A stretch of DNA of 64,000 bases from Eubacteriales bacterium. GTDB taxonomy: Bacteria; Bacillota; Clostridia; Oscillospirales; CAG-382. The notes below the pieces were generated by a model, which did not search any database, was not told the origin of the DNA, and saw only the letters and a list, made by a program, of their open reading frames with translations. The stretch is taken from positions 1,813 to 65,812 of the forward strand of contig JAZSOO010000019.1 in the NCBI GenBank assembly GCA_045536935.1. Direction: 5' to 3'. The position numbers were made by a program, and so were the translations under genes. Positions 1-11,113 of this stretch are shown here, one piece after another. Each line of letters opens with the position of its first letter. The stretch's first letter is position 1.

Positions 1-435
1 GCCGATTCTTGAGTTATCGCCGATAACGGAGATTCCTTTAAAAAAGCTTTCTCGAGTTACGTCGATGAGCTTTTTCGCTTCTTCGGAAATTTCTCCTACA
101 GCGAAGGTAGCCGCACAGTCGCCGTGGTAGCCTTTATAATAAGCTCCGACGTCTATTTTGACTATATCGCCGTTTTTGAGAACTTTGTTTGAAGAAGGGA
201 TTCCGTGAATGATTTCCTCATTAACACTTATGCACGCTGATGCGGGAAAACCGCCGTATCCAAGGAAGGACGGTTTTGCTCCATGCGACAGGATGCATTT
301 TTTGATCTCACGGTCGATCTGTGCGGTAGTTACGCCCTCACGGACGCACTCACCGCCGACCTCACGTGCGATCGCCGCAATCCTGCCGGCATCTCGCATG
401 CGGATGATTTCCTCACCCGATTTCAAAGTTATCAT
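1..435 (-). CDS. map: methionine aminopeptidase type I, N-terminal part (gene runs off the left edge)
   Basis: Reverse-strand translation from ATG at 435-433 reads MITLKSGEEIIRMRDAGRIAAIAREVGGECVREGVTTAQIDREIK, typical of MetAP-I. The start overlaps the adk stop (ATGA). Canonical secY-adk-map order. Confidence 0.9.
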   Translation of the reverse strand, partial: MITLKSGEEIIRMRDAGRIAAIAREVGGECVREGVTTAQIDREIKKCILSHGAKPSFLGYGGFPASACISVNEEIIHGIPSSNKVLKNGDIVKIDVGAYYKGYHGDCAATFAVGEISEEAKKLIDVTRESFFKGISVIGDNSRIG

Positions 436-1064
436 ATTCCTAAAACCTTCATGATCGCTGCAGTAACTTCTGCAGGAGTTTGTTGACCGTCAACGGTAAC
501 AAGAAGGTCTTTGCTTTTGTAGTAAACGACAAGCGGTTCTGTTTCAGCGTGGTATACGCCGAGCCTGTGTTCAACAACTTCAGGCTTATCGTCTTTACGA
601 AGAGTTAATTCTGCGCCGCATTTATCGCAAGTAACGCCGTCTTCAGAGGGGTTAAACTTTACGTGATAGGTAGCGCCGCAGGCAGAGCAAAGTCTTCTGC
701 CGCTCATTCTTTCGACGATCGCTTCATCGGGAACTTCGATATCAAGAACGAGATCGATCTTCGTTCCCATTGCATCAAGCGCTTCAGCCTGTTGGATAGT
801 ACGAGGGAATCCATCGAGGATGAATCCGTTCTCGCAATCGGGTTGACCGATTCTATCCTTGACGATGCCGATTACGACTTCGTCAGAAACCAGCGAGCCT
901 GCTTCGATTGCGCTCTTTGCGGCAAGTCCCATAGGAGAGCCTGCCTTCATAGCCTCACGGAGCATTGCACCGGTTGAAAGGGTCGGAATATTCATTCTTT
1001 CAGCTATTATATCAGCCTGTGTGCCCTTGCCCGCACCGGGAGGGCCAAATAATATGATATTCAT
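432..1064 (-). CDS. adk: adenylate kinase
   Basis: 210 aa. P-loop GPPGAGKGTQ and zinc lid CSACG...CDKCG. AAGGAG-type RBS upstream. Lies downstream of secY. Confidence 0.97.
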   Translation of the reverse strand: MNIILFGPPGAGKGTQADIIAERMNIPTLSTGAMLREAMKAGSPMGLAAKSAIEAGSLVSDEVVIGIVKDRIGQPDCENGFILDGFPRTIQQAEALDAMGTKIDLVLDIEVPDEAIVERMSGRRLCSACGATYHVKFNPSEDGVTCDKCGAELTLRKDDKPEVVEHRLGVYHAETEPLVVYYKSKDLLVTVDGQQTPAEVTAAIMKVLGI

Positions 1065-1076
1065 CGAACCATCTCC

Positions 1077-2363
1077 TTAATCAAGGAATCCTTTATAGTG
1101 GCGCATTGTGATTTCGCTTTCGAGTTCACGGGTGGTATCGAGAGCAACGCTGATAACGATAATTATCGAAGTGCCGCCGAATACCAATGCAGTGAGTGCA
1201 GAAACACCCGTCCAAGAAAGGAGAATCGGGAAAATCGCCATAAAGGAAAGGAATACAGAACCCATAAGGGTGATACGGTTAACTACCTTCTTGATATAAT
1301 CGGAAGTAGGTTTACCGGGTCTGTATCCGAGAATAGTACCACCGTTCTTCTTGAGGTTGTTGGATATCTCTACCGCATTGAAGGAAATCGAGAGATAGAA
1401 ATATGCAAAACCTACGATGAGGAAGAACAAAATGATTACATAGAAAGGATACTCAGATGTGGTGGAAAAATAGGTTGTTACCCAATTTTCCCACGAAGGG
1501 AAGATCATAGCGAGAGTTGCGGGAAGCATAACGATCGTGTTAGCGAAGATTATGGGCATTACACCGCTCATCAAAACTTTGATCGGAAGAGACGTGCTTG
1601 TACCACCGTACATTTTTCTGCCAACCTGACGCTTAGCGTACTGTACGTTAAGACGACGTTCGGAGTTGGAGAAGAATACCGTAAGGGTGATGATGAGAAG
1701 CATCGAAAGGAGTGCAATTACGACCCAAACAACGCTCATAACGCCCTGACCCTGTTCGAGAAGCTGATACATTGTAGCGAAGAGGGTCTTACCGCTCGAT
1801 ACGATGTTCGCAAAGAGGATCATAGAGATACCGTTACCAATACCCTTTTCGTCGATTCTTTCACCTGCCCACATTACGAGAGAGGAACCTGCAGTCAAGC
1901 ATACTACGATGACAACTGCGGGGAACCAACCGTCTGCGATAAGTCCGGGATAGGAATTATTAACGGTGATATAATAACCGTAACCGGTTACTACGGAAAG
2001 AGCGACGGTAACCCAACGAGTGATTCTCGTGAGCTTTGCCTGACCTTCGGGACCGCTCTTAGACATACGTTCAAGAGCAGGAATAGCGATGGTCAAGAGC
2101 TGGATAACGATGGATGCGGTAATGTAGGGGCTAACACCGAGTGCAAAAAGAGTACCCTGCGAGAACGCATAACCGGACAACATATTGAAGTAGCCAACGA
2201 GCGTTTCGCTGTTTGTGTTCATAAGCTCTGCAAGAGCTTTACCGTCTACGTACGGTACAGGAATGACAGAGCCAAGCCTGTAGAGTACGAGAACAAGAAT
2301 AGTGAATAAAATCTTTTTCTTAAGATCGGGTATTTTCCACGCGTTACCGAATACACGGAACAT
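1077..2363 (-). CDS. secY: preprotein translocase subunit SecY
   Basis: 428-aa polytopic membrane protein, [21 protein letters not shown].... Position after rplO. Confidence 0.97.
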   Translation of the reverse strand: MFRVFGNAWKIPDLKKKILFTILVLVLYRLGSVIPVPYVDGKALAELMNTNSETLVGYFNMLSGYAFSQGTLFALGVSPYITASIVIQLLTIAIPALERMSKSGPEGQAKLTRITRWVTVALSVVTGYGYYITVNNSYPGLIADGWFPAVVIVVCLTAGSSLVMWAGERIDEKGIGNGISMILFANIVSSGKTLFATMYQLLEQGQGVMSVVWVVIALLSMLLIITLTVFFSNSERRLNVQYAKRQVGRKMYGGTSTSLPIKVLMSGVMPIIFANTIVMLPATLAMIFPSWENWVTTYFSTTSEYPFYVIILFFLIVGFAYFYLSISFNAVEISNNLKKNGGTILGYRPGKPTSDYIKKVVNRITLMGSVFLSFMAIFPILLSWTGVSALTALVFGGTSIIIVISVALDTTRELESEITMRHYKGFLD

Positions 2364-2803
2364 TATACCACCTCAGCCTTTCCGCCTGCTGCTTCGATCT
2401 TCTCTTTAGCCTGAGCAGAGAAAACAGCTGCTTTAACGGTAAGAGCCTTGGTGAGTTCGCCGTTTGCGAGCACTTTGAGCCCGTCAAACTTGTTCTTGAT
2501 TACTTTATCTTTGATAAGAGTATCAACGTCAATTACTGCGCCTGCTTCGTACTTTTCAAGTGTTTTAACATTGATTATTGCGTACTGCTTAGCGAAGTGA
2601 TTAGTAAAGCCCCTCTTGGGAAGCTTTCTGTAAAGAGGAAGCTGACCTCCCTCGAAGCCCGGTCTGACACCGCCGCCGGAACGTGCGTTCTGACCCTTGT
2701 GTCCTTTACCTGCTGTCTTACCGTTACCGCTACCTGCACCTCTACCCTTTCTAAAGTTGGGTTTGGTGGAGCCAGCAGCCGGAGAAAGCTCATGAAGCTT
2801 CAT
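2363..2803 (-). CDS. rplO: 50S ribosomal protein L15 (uL15)
   Basis: 146 aa, [22 protein letters not shown].... Stop overlaps the secY start by 1 nt. Confidence 0.97.
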   Translation of the reverse strand: MKLHELSPAAGSTKPNFRKGRGAGSGNGKTAGKGHKGQNARSGGGVRPGFEGGQLPLYRKLPKRGFTNHFAKQYAIINVKTLEKYEAGAVIDVDTLIKDKVIKNKFDGLKVLANGELTKALTVKAAVFSAQAKEKIEAAGGKAEVV

Positions 2804-2828
2804 AACTTTTTCCTCCTAAATCTTTTAG

Positions 2829-3011
2829 TTATTCAGCATCTTCGACACTGATGAGGTGAGAGATGAGAGCGATCTTGCCTTCGATAGCATTATCTTTTTC
2901 AACGACCTTAGTATCGTTGATCTTTGTAAGACCAAGCGATTTTGCGGTAAGAATGTGATTCTTCTTACGGCCGATGAGGCTCTTTTTAAGAGTGATTTTG
3001 ACCTTTGCCAT
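2829..3011 (-). CDS. rpmD: 50S ribosomal protein L30 (uL30)
   Basis: 60 aa, MAKVKITLKKSLIGRKKNH.... Conserved spc-operon position. Confidence 0.95.
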   Translation of the reverse strand: MAKVKITLKKSLIGRKKNHILTAKSLGLTKINDTKVVEKDNAIEGKIALISHLISVEDAE

Positions 3012-3024
3012 TTCTACACCCTCC

Positions 3025-3522
3025 TTAGTTTGTAACTGCTTCGACGCTTATGCCGCGCATTTTTGCGACTTCGTCAGCAGTACGGAGTTCTTTAAGAGCT
3101 TCGAAGGTTGCTTTAACGACGTTCGCTTTATTACCCGAACGGAGCGACTTAGCACGAATGTCACGAATGCCTGCACTTTCGAGAACGGCACGGACTGTAC
3201 CGCCTGCGATGATACCGGTACCGACTGCAGCGGGCTTAAGAAGCACACGGCCTGCACCGTATTCACCGATAACTTCGTGAGGGATCGTAGTTCCCTTGAG
3301 GGAAACTTCTACAACATTCTTCTTTGCGGTTTCGATTGCTTTGCTGATTGCATCCGGAACTTCGGCTGCTTTACCGATACCGTAGCCGATGTGACCGTTA
3401 CCGTCACCTACAACTACGAGTGCGGAGAAACGAGCAATACGACCGCCCTTTACGGTTTTAGAAACTCTCTTAGTATCAATGAGGGTTTCTTTGAGTTCAA
3501 GTTTGCTGTAATCTGTCTTCAT
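3025..3522 (-). CDS. rpsE: 30S ribosomal protein S5 (uS5)
   Basis: 165 aa with [33 protein letters not shown]. Confidence 0.97.
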   Translation of the reverse strand: MKTDYSKLELKETLIDTKRVSKTVKGGRIARFSALVVVGDGNGHIGYGIGKAAEVPDAISKAIETAKKNVVEVSLKGTTIPHEVIGEYGAGRVLLKPAAVGTGIIAGGTVRAVLESAGIRDIRAKSLRSGNKANVVKATFEALKELRTADEVAKMRGISVEAVTN

Positions 3523-3531
3523 ATTGCCCTC

Positions 3532-3894
3532 CTAAAACTTGAGTCCGGCTTCACGTGCTGCTTCAGCAAGAGCCTTAACACGTCCGTGATAGAGATAACC
3601 GCCTCTGTCGAATACGACTTCGGTGATTCCCTTTTCAAGTGCTCTTTCTGCTGCGAGCTTGCCGACCTTCATTGCTGCTTCAACGTTGCCACCTTCGTTC
3701 TTTTCGAACGCTTTTTCGGTGCTGGAAGCGGTAACGAGGGTATTGCCGACAGTATCGTCAATTATCTGGACATAAATATTATCATTAGAACGGTATACGC
3801 AAAGGCGAGGTCTTGCGGGAGTACCGGAGATTTTGGCTCTGACTCTCTTATGTCTGTAGAGTCGCTTTGCGTTCTTATCTATACGACTTACCAT
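3532..3894 (-). CDS. rplR: 50S ribosomal protein L18 (uL18)
   Basis: 120 aa, [20 protein letters not shown] motif region. Confidence 0.97.
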   Translation of the reverse strand: MVSRIDKNAKRLYRHKRVRAKISGTPARPRLCVYRSNDNIYVQIIDDTVGNTLVTASSTEKAFEKNEGGNVEAAMKVGKLAAERALEKGITEVVFDRGGYLYHGRVKALAEAAREAGLKF

Positions 3895-3915
3895 TTTTTA
3901 TTATTCTCCTTTCCC

Positions 3916-4455
3916 CTATTTACCTGCTTTACCGGCCTTACGTCTGATTCTTTCATCAGCGTACTTGATACCCTTGCCGAGATAAGGTTCGGGAGGTCTC
4001 TTTCCTCTGATTTCGGAAGCGAGCTGGCCGACTTGCTGTTTATTGGAACCGCTTACGATAACGATATTGGGCTGCGGAACTTCATAAGTAATTCCGTCAG
4101 GTTCTTCGAATACAACGTTGTGGGAGTAACCGATGCTGAGGACGAGCTTTTTGCCTTCCTTTGCAGCTCTGTAACCAACGCCGTTGATTTCGAGTTGTTT
4201 CTTGTAGCCTTCGGTAACACCGATGATCATATTGTTAACGAGTGTTCTGGAAAGGCCGTGAAGCGATCTGTTTTCCTTGGAATCATCAGGACGCTTAACG
4301 GTAATGGTTGCGCCGTCCTGTTCGATGGTGATCGCAGGGTTGATCTGTTCGCTAAGGGTTCCCTTGGGGCCGGTTACGGTAACGAGATTAGTTGCGCTAA
4401 CGTCAACCTTTACGCCTGCAGGAACGGTAATGAGCATTCTGCCTATTCTTGACAT
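3916..4455 (-). CDS. rplF: 50S ribosomal protein L6 (uL6)
   Basis: 179 aa, MSRIGRMLITVPAGVKV.... Confidence 0.97.
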   Translation of the reverse strand: MSRIGRMLITVPAGVKVDVSATNLVTVTGPKGTLSEQINPAITIEQDGATITVKRPDDSKENRSLHGLSRTLVNNMIIGVTEGYKKQLEINGVGYRAAKEGKKLVLSIGYSHNVVFEEPDGITYEVPQPNIVIVSGSNKQQVGQLASEIRGKRPPEPYLGKGIKYADERIRRKAGKAGK

Positions 4456-4467
4456 CTTCTTACCTCC

Positions 4468-4866
4468 TTACCAAACGAACGCAAGAACTTCGCCGCCGAT
4501 GTTCTGCTTACGTGCAACCTTGTCAGTCATAATACCCTTGGAGGTAGAGATGATCGCAATACCGAGACCGTTCTTAACCTTGGGGAGATCCTGACTTGCA
4601 GCGTAGATACGAAGACCGGGTTTCGAAACTCTGCGAAGACCTTGGATGATTCTCTGTTTGTTTTCGCCGTACTTAAGGGTTACTTTAATAACACCCTGTT
4701 TGTTATCCTCGATGACGTCGTATGCTTTAATGTAGCCTTCGTCAAGAAGAATCTGAGCGATTGCCTTTTTCATGTTGGAGGCAGGAATTTCAACGCTTTC
4801 GTGTTTTGCCGAATTAGCATTGCGGATTCGGGTGAGCATATCTGCTACTACGTCTGTAATCTGCAT
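4468..4866 (-). CDS. rpsH: 30S ribosomal protein S8 (uS8)
   Basis: 132 aa, ..DMLTRIRNA... Confidence 0.97.
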   Translation of the reverse strand: MQITDVVADMLTRIRNANSAKHESVEIPASNMKKAIAQILLDEGYIKAYDVIEDNKQGVIKVTLKYGENKQRIIQGLRRVSKPGLRIYAASQDLPKVKNGLGIAIISTSKGIMTDKVARKQNIGGEVLAFVW

Positions 4867-4881
4867 TCTTTTTTCCTCCTC

Positions 4882-5067
4882 TTACCAGCTGGCTTTCTTC
4901 ACGCCGGGAATCTCGCCTTTGTATGCGAGTTCTCTGAAGCAGATACGGCAGATACCGTATTTGCGGAGATAAGCGTGAGGTCTGCCGCATATTTTGCATC
5001 TGTTATATTCACGGGTGGAAAACTTCTGCTCTCTTTTCTGTTTGAGCACCATTGCTTTTCTTGCCAT
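4882..5067 (-). CDS. rpsN: 30S ribosomal protein S14, zinc-binding type Z
   Basis: 61 aa with CKICGRPH...CRICFRE (CxxC-N12-CxxC). Lies between rplE and rpsH. Confidence 0.96.
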   Translation of the reverse strand: MARKAMVLKQKREQKFSTREYNRCKICGRPHAYLRKYGICRICFRELAYKGEIPGVKKASW

Positions 5068-5081
5068 TGTTATTTCCTCCC

Positions 5082-5624
5082 TTATGCCTTTGCGAACGGT
5101 GCGCCGAGAAGCGTGAGAAGTTCTTTTGCTTCTTCGTCAGTGTTCGCTGTGGTTACAAATATAATATCCATGCCTCTGATTTTGTCGATTTTGTCATATT
5201 CGATTTCGGGGAATATGAGCTGTTCTTTAAGACCTACGGAGTAGTTACCTCTACCGTCGAAGGAGTTGGGGTTGATACCCTTGAAGTCTCTTACACGGGG
5301 AAGTGCAATGTTGAAGAACTTATCAACAAATTCGTACATATTCTCTGCTCTGAGAGTTACTTTTGCACCGATCTTCATACCGGCTCTGAGCTTGAAGTTA
5401 GATACCGACTTCTTAGCGAGAGTGGGTATTGCCTTCTGACCGGTAATGGTGGTGAGATCGCCGATGATGTTATCGATTATCTTGCTGTTGTCCTTAGCTT
5501 CGCTTTCGCAGCAGTTGATAATTACCTTTTCAAGGCGGGGAATCTGCATCGGGCTCTTGTAGTTGAATTTCTTCATCAACGCAGGAGCAACATCACTTTT
5601 ATAAAATTCTTTAAGTCTAGACAT
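5082..5624 (-). CDS. rplE: 50S ribosomal protein L5 (uL5)
   Basis: 180 aa, [24 protein letters not shown].... Confidence 0.97.
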   Translation of the reverse strand: MSRLKEFYKSDVAPALMKKFNYKSPMQIPRLEKVIINCCESEAKDNSKIIDNIIGDLTTITGQKAIPTLAKKSVSNFKLRAGMKIGAKVTLRAENMYEFVDKFFNIALPRVRDFKGINPNSFDGRGNYSVGLKEQLIFPEIEYDKIDKIRGMDIIFVTTANTDEEAKELLTLLGAPFAKA

Positions 5625-5641
5625 TGTTTAACCTCCCTGCA

Positions 5642-5971
5642 TTAAAGTGCTTCGCCGCACTTAACACATACACGGCTTCTTTCGCCATCAGCGTTACGAA
5701 CGTGTCTGTATCTGCGACCTGCCTGACATTTGGGGCAGTAGAGCATAACCTTGGAAGCGTAGATTGCGCCTTCGGTCTTGATTATGCCGCCTGCTTCGCC
5801 CTGTCTTCTGGGCTTAACGTGCTTGGAAACGATGTGAACGCCTTCAACGATTACCTTTCCTTCGGAAGGGGAAACGCCGATTACTTTGCCAACAGCCTTT
5901 TCCGCACCGTTTGCGTACTTGCCGGAGATCACTACTACGGTATCGCCGGTCTTAACATGCATTTTACTCAT
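5642..5971 (-). CDS. rplX: 50S ribosomal protein L24 (uL24), Cys4 C-terminal variant
   Basis: 109 aa. KOW region [15 protein letters not shown] lies 8 nt upstream of ATG 5971. C-terminus carries CPKC-N17-CVKC. Confidence 0.95.
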   Translation of the reverse strand: MSKMHVKTGDTVVVISGKYANGAEKAVGKVIGVSPSEGKVIVEGVHIVSKHVKPRRQGEAGGIIKTEGAIYASKVMLYCPKCQAGRRYRHVRNADGERSRVCVKCGEAL

Positions 5972-5984
5972 TCTTACTGCCTCC

Positions 5985-6353
5985 TCAAACCACTTCGGGC
6001 GCGAGGGAGAGGATCTTCATATATCCTTTTTCGCGCAGTTCTTTTGCTACCGGACCAAAGATACGGGTTCCGACGGGTTCTTTATCTTCCTTGATAAGAA
6101 CAGCTGCATTATCGTCGAAACGAACGTAGGATCCGTCATTTCTTCTGGTGGGCTGTACGGTTCTGACAACTACTGCCTTAACAACGTCGCCCTTCTTTGC
6201 TACCCCGCCGGGAGCAGCTTTTTTAACGGAGCAAACGATGATATCGCCAACTCCTGCGTAACGTCTTCCGGTGCCGCCAAGAACTCGGATGCACAACAAT
6301 TCTTTTGCGCCAGTGTTGTCAGCGACCTTAAGACGGGACTCTTGCTGTAACAT
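5985..6353 (-). CDS. rplN: 50S ribosomal protein L14 (uL14)
   Basis: 122 aa, [27 protein letters not shown]. Confidence 0.97.
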   Translation of the reverse strand: MLQQESRLKVADNTGAKELLCIRVLGGTGRRYAGVGDIIVCSVKKAAPGGVAKKGDVVKAVVVRTVQPTRRNDGSYVRFDDNAAVLIKEDKEPVGTRIFGPVAKELREKGYMKILSLAPEVV

Positions 6354-6368
6354 TGTGTACCTCCTGAA

Positions 6369-6623
6369 TTACTTAGCTTTCTCGATGATTTCAACGAGAC
6401 GCCAGTTCTTGTCCTTAGAAAGCGGACGAGTTTCCATAATCATAACCTTATCACCGATACCGGCAATATTGTTTTCATCGTGCGCTTTGAAACGAACAGT
6501 TCTTTTAATGATCTTCTTATAAAGAGGATGCTTTACGTTATCGCGGATAGCAACAACGATCGTCTTATCCATTTTGTCGGAAACGACGATACCGACTCTG
6601 GTTTTTCTCAATGCTCTTTCCAT
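6369..6623 (-). CDS. rpsQ: 30S ribosomal protein S17 (uS17)
   Basis: 84 aa. Conserved position between rpmC and rplN. Confidence 0.95.
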   Translation of the reverse strand: MERALRKTRVGIVVSDKMDKTIVVAIRDNVKHPLYKKIIKRTVRFKAHDENNIAGIGDKVMIMETRPLSKDKNWRLVEIIEKAK

Positions 6624-6638
6624 TGTTCGTTATCCTCC

Positions 6639-6839
6639 TTATACTTTTTCTGCGAGTTCTTTTTCACGAATAACGGAAAGAAGTCTCGCAATGGTCTTTT
6701 TGGTTTCGACAATCTTCATGGGATTATCGAGCTGATTGATAGAATGCTGAAAACGAAGGTTGAAGAGCGCTTCCTTCTGTTCTGCAACTTTCTTCTGCAG
6801 CTCGGAAATCGGCATTTCTCTGATTTCTTTAATATTCAT
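6639..6839 (-). CDS. rpmC: 50S ribosomal protein L29 (uL29)
   Basis: 66 aa, helical, ..[12 protein letters not shown]... Confidence 0.95.
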   Translation of the reverse strand: MNIKEIREMPISELQKKVAEQKEALFNLRFQHSINQLDNPMKIVETKKTIARLLSVIREKELAEKV

Positions 6840-6855
6840 ATTATTCTTCTACCTC

Positions 6856-7275
6856 CTATTTCTCGAGGTCAGCCTTGGTGGCAAACTTACACTTGAGAGG
6901 AAGCTTATGCATTGCAAGACGCATAGCTTCACGTGCCTGTGCTTCTTCAACGCCGTCCATCTCGAACATTACTCTACCCGGTTTAACAACTGCTACCCAG
7001 TATTCGGGAGAACCCTTACCGGAACCCATACGGGTTTCTGCAGGCTTTTCAGTTACGGGCTTATCGGGGAATATTTTGATCCAAACTTTACCGCCACGCT
7101 TAACGTAACGAGTCATAGCGATACGGGCTGCTTCGATCTGGTTGCTGGTAACCCAAGCGGGTTCAGTAGCGACGAGTCCGTAAGAACCGTAGGAGATGGT
7201 GTTGCCTCTGTAGGCCTTACCGGTCAATCTACCTCTGTGAACACGTCTGTATTTAACTCTTTTAGGCATTAACAT
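6856..7275 (-). CDS. rplP: 50S ribosomal protein L16 (uL16)
   Basis: 139 aa, [16 protein letters not shown].... Confidence 0.97.
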   Translation of the reverse strand: MLMPKRVKYRRVHRGRLTGKAYRGNTISYGSYGLVATEPAWVTSNQIEAARIAMTRYVKRGGKVWIKIFPDKPVTEKPAETRMGSGKGSPEYWVAVVKPGRVMFEMDGVEEAQAREAMRLAMHKLPLKCKFATKADLEK

Positions 7276-7955
7276 TAGCGCTTACCTCCTTCTCGTGCCG
7301 AGGAACGCTTAACTTCGGGAAGAACTTCGCCCTTGTAGATCCATACCTTGATGCCGATCTTACCGTAGGTGGTGTTTGCTTCCCAGAAACCGTAGTCGAT
7401 GTCGGCTCTGAGGGTCTGAAGAGGAATTGTTCCCTCGTGATAATGTTCGCTTCTTGCGATTTCAGCACCGCCGAGACGGCCGGAAACGCAGATCTTGATA
7501 CCCTTCGCCTGAAGTCTCATGGTTCTGCCGATAGACTGCTTCATAGCACGGCGGAAGGAAATTCTCTTTTCGAGCTGTGCAGCGATGTTTTCTGCAACGA
7601 GCTGTGCGTTGAGGTCGGGCTGTTTGATTTCGATGACCTTAACGTCAACTACTACGTTTGCAGGAACCTTAAGGAACGCTGCGATATCCTTTTTGAGCTT
7701 TTCGATCTCTGCGCCGCCCTTACCGATTACGATACCGGGTTTTGCACAGCGAATGATAACTCTTACACGGCTGTTGTCACGTTCGATTTCGATAGAAGGA
7801 ACGCCTGCCTGCATAAGACGGCTCTTGAGGTATTTTCTAAGATTGTAGTCGGAGACGATGGTATCGCCGAAGGTTTCGTCCTTCGAGTACCAACGGGAGC
7901 TCCAATCTTTGATTACACCTACACGGAGACCGTGAGGATTAACTTTCTGTCCCAT
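7275..7955 (-). CDS. rpsC: 30S ribosomal protein S3 (uS3)
   Basis: 226 aa, [13 protein letters not shown].... Confidence 0.97.
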   Translation of the reverse strand: MGQKVNPHGLRVGVIKDWSSRWYSKDETFGDTIVSDYNLRKYLKSRLMQAGVPSIEIERDNSRVRVIIRCAKPGIVIGKGGAEIEKLKKDIAAFLKVPANVVVDVKVIEIKQPDLNAQLVAENIAAQLEKRISFRRAMKQSIGRTMRLQAKGIKICVSGRLGGAEIARSEHYHEGTIPLQTLRADIDYGFWEANTTYGKIGIKVWIYKGEVLPEVKRSSAREGGKR

Positions 7956-7957
7956 TT

Positions 7958-8314
7958 TTACGCCTCCTGTCTTTCTTTGAGAACGATAGTAACATGAGAG
8001 GTTCTCTTAAGAACTCTGAACGCTCTGCCCTGTGCACGGGGGCGTACTCTCTTCATGTTTTTAAGCATACCGGGAGTCACAAAACATTCTGCAACGTAGA
8101 GCTTGTCAACGTCCATACCGTAGTTGTGATCGGCATTTGCAACAGCAGATTTGAGAAGCTTTTCGATGTCTTCGCAAACGAGCTTGTTGGTGGTTTTGAG
8201 GATCGCCATTGCATTTGCAACGTCTTTACCTCTGATAAGATCGAGAACTATCTTTACTTTTCTGGGAGTAACCCTGAGCTGTCTGAGATAAGCTCTTGAT
8301 TCTCTATTTTCCAT
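7958..8314 (-). CDS. rplV: 50S ribosomal protein L22 (uL22)
   Basis: 118 aa. Conserved position. Confidence 0.95.
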   Translation of the reverse strand: MENRESRAYLRQLRVTPRKVKIVLDLIRGKDVANAMAILKTTNKLVCEDIEKLLKSAVANADHNYGMDVDKLYVAECFVTPGMLKNMKRVRPRAQGRAFRVLKRTSHVTIVLKERQEA

Positions 8315-8339
8315 AGTTATTATCTCCTTTCAGCTCCTA

Positions 8340-8615
8340 TTATTTATTAGATGTTTTAGAACCAGCGTGGCCCTTGAAGGTTCTGGTGGGAGCAAACTCG
8401 CCGAGCTTGTGACCAACCATATCTTCTACTACATATACCGGAACGTGCTGTCTTCCGTTGTGCACTGCGATCGTGTGACCGACAAATTCAGGGAAGATTG
8501 TGGAAGAGCGCGACCAGGTCTTGATAACTCTTTTTTCGCCCTTGTTGTTCATATCGACGATTCTGCTGTAAAGCTTAGCTTCGACAAAAGGGCCTTTTTT
8601 GATGCTTCTGCTCAC
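8340..8615 (-). CDS. rpsS: 30S ribosomal protein S19 (uS19)
   Basis: 91 aa, [11 protein letters not shown].... Confidence 0.97.
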   Translation of the reverse strand: MSRSIKKGPFVEAKLYSRIVDMNNKGEKRVIKTWSRSSTIFPEFVGHTIAVHNGRQHVPVYVVEDMVGHKLGEFAPTRTFKGHAGSKTSNK

Positions 8616-8629
8616 AATTATTTCCTCCT

Positions 8630-9463
8630 TTATCTGTCATTTCTTCTCTTGACTATAAATTTATTGGTACGAGCCTTCTTGTTTCTCGTCTTATAGCCGA
8701 GAGCAGGTTTACCCCAAGGGGTAACAGGGCCGGGACGACCGATAGGCGAACGTCCTTCACCACCACCGTGAGGGTGATCGCAGGGGTTCATTACCGAACC
8801 ACGAACGGTAGGACGAATACCGAGGTGTCTGGTCTTACCAGCCTTACCGAGCTTAACGTTTTCGTGTTCGAGGTTGCCTACCTGACCGATCGTAGCCTTA
8901 CAATCGAGGCGGACAAGACGAACTTCGCCGGAAGGAAGTCTTACCTGTGCCATTCCGTTTTCTTTAGCCATAAGCTGTGCAGCTGCACCGGCGGAACGAA
9001 CCATCTGTGCGCCACGGCCGGGATAAAGTTCGATGGAATGGATTATTGTACCAACAGGAATCGAGCTGATGGGGAGAACGTTGCCGGGCTTAATGTCGGC
9101 ATTTTCTCCGGAGTAGAGGAGAGTACCTACTTTAACTCCGTCGGGAGCGATAGCGTAGCTCTTCTTACCGTTTTCATCTTCGAGAAGCATGATATAAGCG
9201 GTACGGTTAGGATCGTATTCAATACCGATGACCTTGTTTGCACCTTCGCTGTATGCACGCTTGAAGTCGATGATTCTGTACTTCTTTTTATTGCCGCCGC
9301 CCTGATGACGAACGGTGATTCTACCCGTATTGTTTCTACCCGAGTTCTTCTTAAGGATAGTAATAAGAGATTTTTCGGGAGTCTTCTTCGTGATCTCCGC
9401 AAAGGAGGGAGAAGCCATGTTTCTGCGGGAGGGAGTAGTCGGTTTATATGTTTTAACAGCCAT
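8630..9463 (-). CDS. rplB: 50S ribosomal protein L2 (uL2)
   Basis: 277 aa, ..[27 protein letters not shown]... Confidence 0.97.
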   Translation of the reverse strand: MAVKTYKPTTPSRRNMASPSFAEITKKTPEKSLITILKKNSGRNNTGRITVRHQGGGNKKKYRIIDFKRAYSEGANKVIGIEYDPNRTAYIMLLEDENGKKSYAIAPDGVKVGTLLYSGENADIKPGNVLPISSIPVGTIIHSIELYPGRGAQMVRSAGAAAQLMAKENGMAQVRLPSGEVRLVRLDCKATIGQVGNLEHENVKLGKAGKTRHLGIRPTVRGSVMNPCDHPHGGGEGRSPIGRPGPVTPWGKPALGYKTRNKKARTNKFIVKRRNDR

Positions 9464-9480
9464 TTCTACTTTCTCCTTTC

Positions 9481-9774
9481 TTACATAAGGCTATCGAAGA
9501 ATTCGATTGTCTTGGAGTCAGCGGTGAGCTTAACGATCGCTTTCTTCCATTCGGAAGTCTTACCAACGTGGTAGCCAACACGCTTTGTCTTTCTCTTCAT
9601 GGTGATGGTAGTAACTTTTTCAACTTCTACCTTGAAGATTTCTTCAACCGCATTCTTGATTTCAACCTTGTTTGCATTCGCCGGAACCTTGAAGGTGTAT
9701 TTCTTATCCTGCATGTTCTTGATAGAAGCTTCGGTGATTACAGGTTCTCTGATGATGTCGTAAACCGATTTCAT
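9481..9774 (-). CDS. rplW: 50S ribosomal protein L23 (uL23)
   Basis: 97 aa. Conserved position. Confidence 0.95.
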   Translation of the reverse strand: MKSVYDIIREPVITEASIKNMQDKKYTFKVPANANKVEIKNAVEEIFKVEVEKVTTITMKRKTKRVGYHVGKTSEWKKAIVKLTADSKTIEFFDSLM

Positions 9775-10397
9775 TATGCATATACCTCCTCAAGTTTTGC
9801 AAGTGCATCCTTAGCGATGACCATTTTGTCATATTTAAGAATGTCGTAAACGTTAATTGTGTTAACAGGTGCAGTGATTACACCGGGGATGTTTGCTGCA
9901 GAACCTACTACGAATTCGTTAACATCGAGAGTAACGATCATAGCCTTGCCATCAACGTTGATAGCGTTAAGGAAGTTGACCATGTTCTTTGTCTTGTAGC
10001 TATCGAGTGCGATATTGTCAACGACAATCAATTCATTCGCAGCTACTTTAGAGGTAAGAGCAGAGAACAATGCAACTCTCTTGAGCTTCTTGTTGATGCT
10101 GATGCGATAAGTTCTGGGCTTGGGTCCAAGTGCGATACCGCCGTGTACCCACTGAGGAGAACGGGTGGAGCCTTGTCTTGCTCTGCCTGTTCCCTTCTGA
10201 CGCCAAGGCTTTCTGCCGCCACCGGAAACTTCGCTTCTGGTGAGAGTGGACTGTGTGCCCTGACGCTGATTGAGCAAATATGCTCTAACAACGGAATGGA
10301 CAGCTGCATTGTTGATCTCAGCAGCAAAGATCTTATCGGAAAGAGCGACTTCGCCGCAAACCTTTCCTTCCATGTTGTATACGTTAACTGTAGGCAT
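9774..10397 (-). CDS. rplD: 50S ribosomal protein L4 (uL4)
   Basis: 207 aa, ..[19 protein letters not shown]... Confidence 0.97.
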   Translation of the reverse strand: MPTVNVYNMEGKVCGEVALSDKIFAAEINNAAVHSVVRAYLLNQRQGTQSTLTRSEVSGGGRKPWRQKGTGRARQGSTRSPQWVHGGIALGPKPRTYRISINKKLKRVALFSALTSKVAANELIVVDNIALDSYKTKNMVNFLNAINVDGKAMIVTLDVNEFVVGSAANIPGVITAPVNTINVYDILKYDKMVIAKDALAKLEEVYA

Positions 10398-10417
10398 AGT
10401 TCATTTCCTCCTTCCGC

Positions 10418-11044
10418 TTATTTCACAGTGCTGCGGAGGTAAACGATACCGCCTTTTGCACCGGGAACCGCACCCTTAACAGCGATAAGGTTGTTATCGG
10501 GGTCGATCTTGATAATCTCGAGGTTGAGCATGGTAACCTGTTCGTTACCGTATTGACCAGCCATCTTCTTGTTCTTGAAGATGTGTGCAGGGTCAATAAC
10601 ACCCATAGAACCGGACTGACGGTGAACAGGACCTGTACCGTGAGTCATTCTGAGTCTGTGAAGACCCCATCTCTTGATTGCGCCGGAGAAGCCGTGACCT
10701 TTGGTAACACCGGTGATGTCGACCTTTTCGCCGACTTCGAAGGTGTCCGCAGTGATGACGTCGCCAACGTTCATAGAAGCGGAATCGTCAAGACGGAATT
10801 CTTTAAGATACTTCTTAAAGGAAACCTCTGCTTTGGTGAATACACCCTTCTGAGGTTTGTTGAGCTTTCTTTCGGGAATATCCGAGAAGCCAAGCTGAAC
10901 AGCTTCGTAGCCGTTCTTTTCGTTCGTTCTTTTCTGAACGACAACGCAGGGACCTGCGCTGATGACAGTAACAGGAACGACCTTGCCCTTTTCGTCAAAG
11001 AGCTGAGTCATACCGAGCTTTCTGCCGATGATGCCTTTTTTCAT
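10418..11044 (-). CDS. rplC: 50S ribosomal protein L3 (uL3)
   Basis: 208 aa, MKKGIIGRKLGMTQLFDE.... Confidence 0.97.
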   Translation of the reverse strand: MKKGIIGRKLGMTQLFDEKGKVVPVTVISAGPCVVVQKRTNEKNGYEAVQLGFSDIPERKLNKPQKGVFTKAEVSFKKYLKEFRLDDSASMNVGDVITADTFEVGEKVDITGVTKGHGFSGAIKRWGLHRLRMTHGTGPVHRQSGSMGVIDPAHIFKNKKMAGQYGNEQVTMLNLEIIKIDPDNNLIAVKGAVPGAKGGIVYLRSTVK

Positions 11045-11113
11045 TTGTTATCCTCCTCAGGTTATTGGTTGACAAGCCAAACGCCTATCAACGTGACCTT
11101 TATTTGATACGGT

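Noticed and set aside
1098-2309. 403-aa plus-strand ORF antisense to secY (and similarly 45468-46802, 444 aa, antisense to frr/pyrH)
   Set aside because: It is the same antisense-shadow artefact. The sense genes are unambiguous and the shadows have no start context.
2974-4452. 492-aa plus-strand ORF spanning rpmD, rpsE, rplR and rplF
   Set aside because: It is a codon-register antisense shadow of four highly conserved ribosomal protein genes. Its composition is Cys/Phe/Thr-rich and low-complexity, with no RBS. It is explained by the absence of TTA/CTA/TCA codons in the sense genes.
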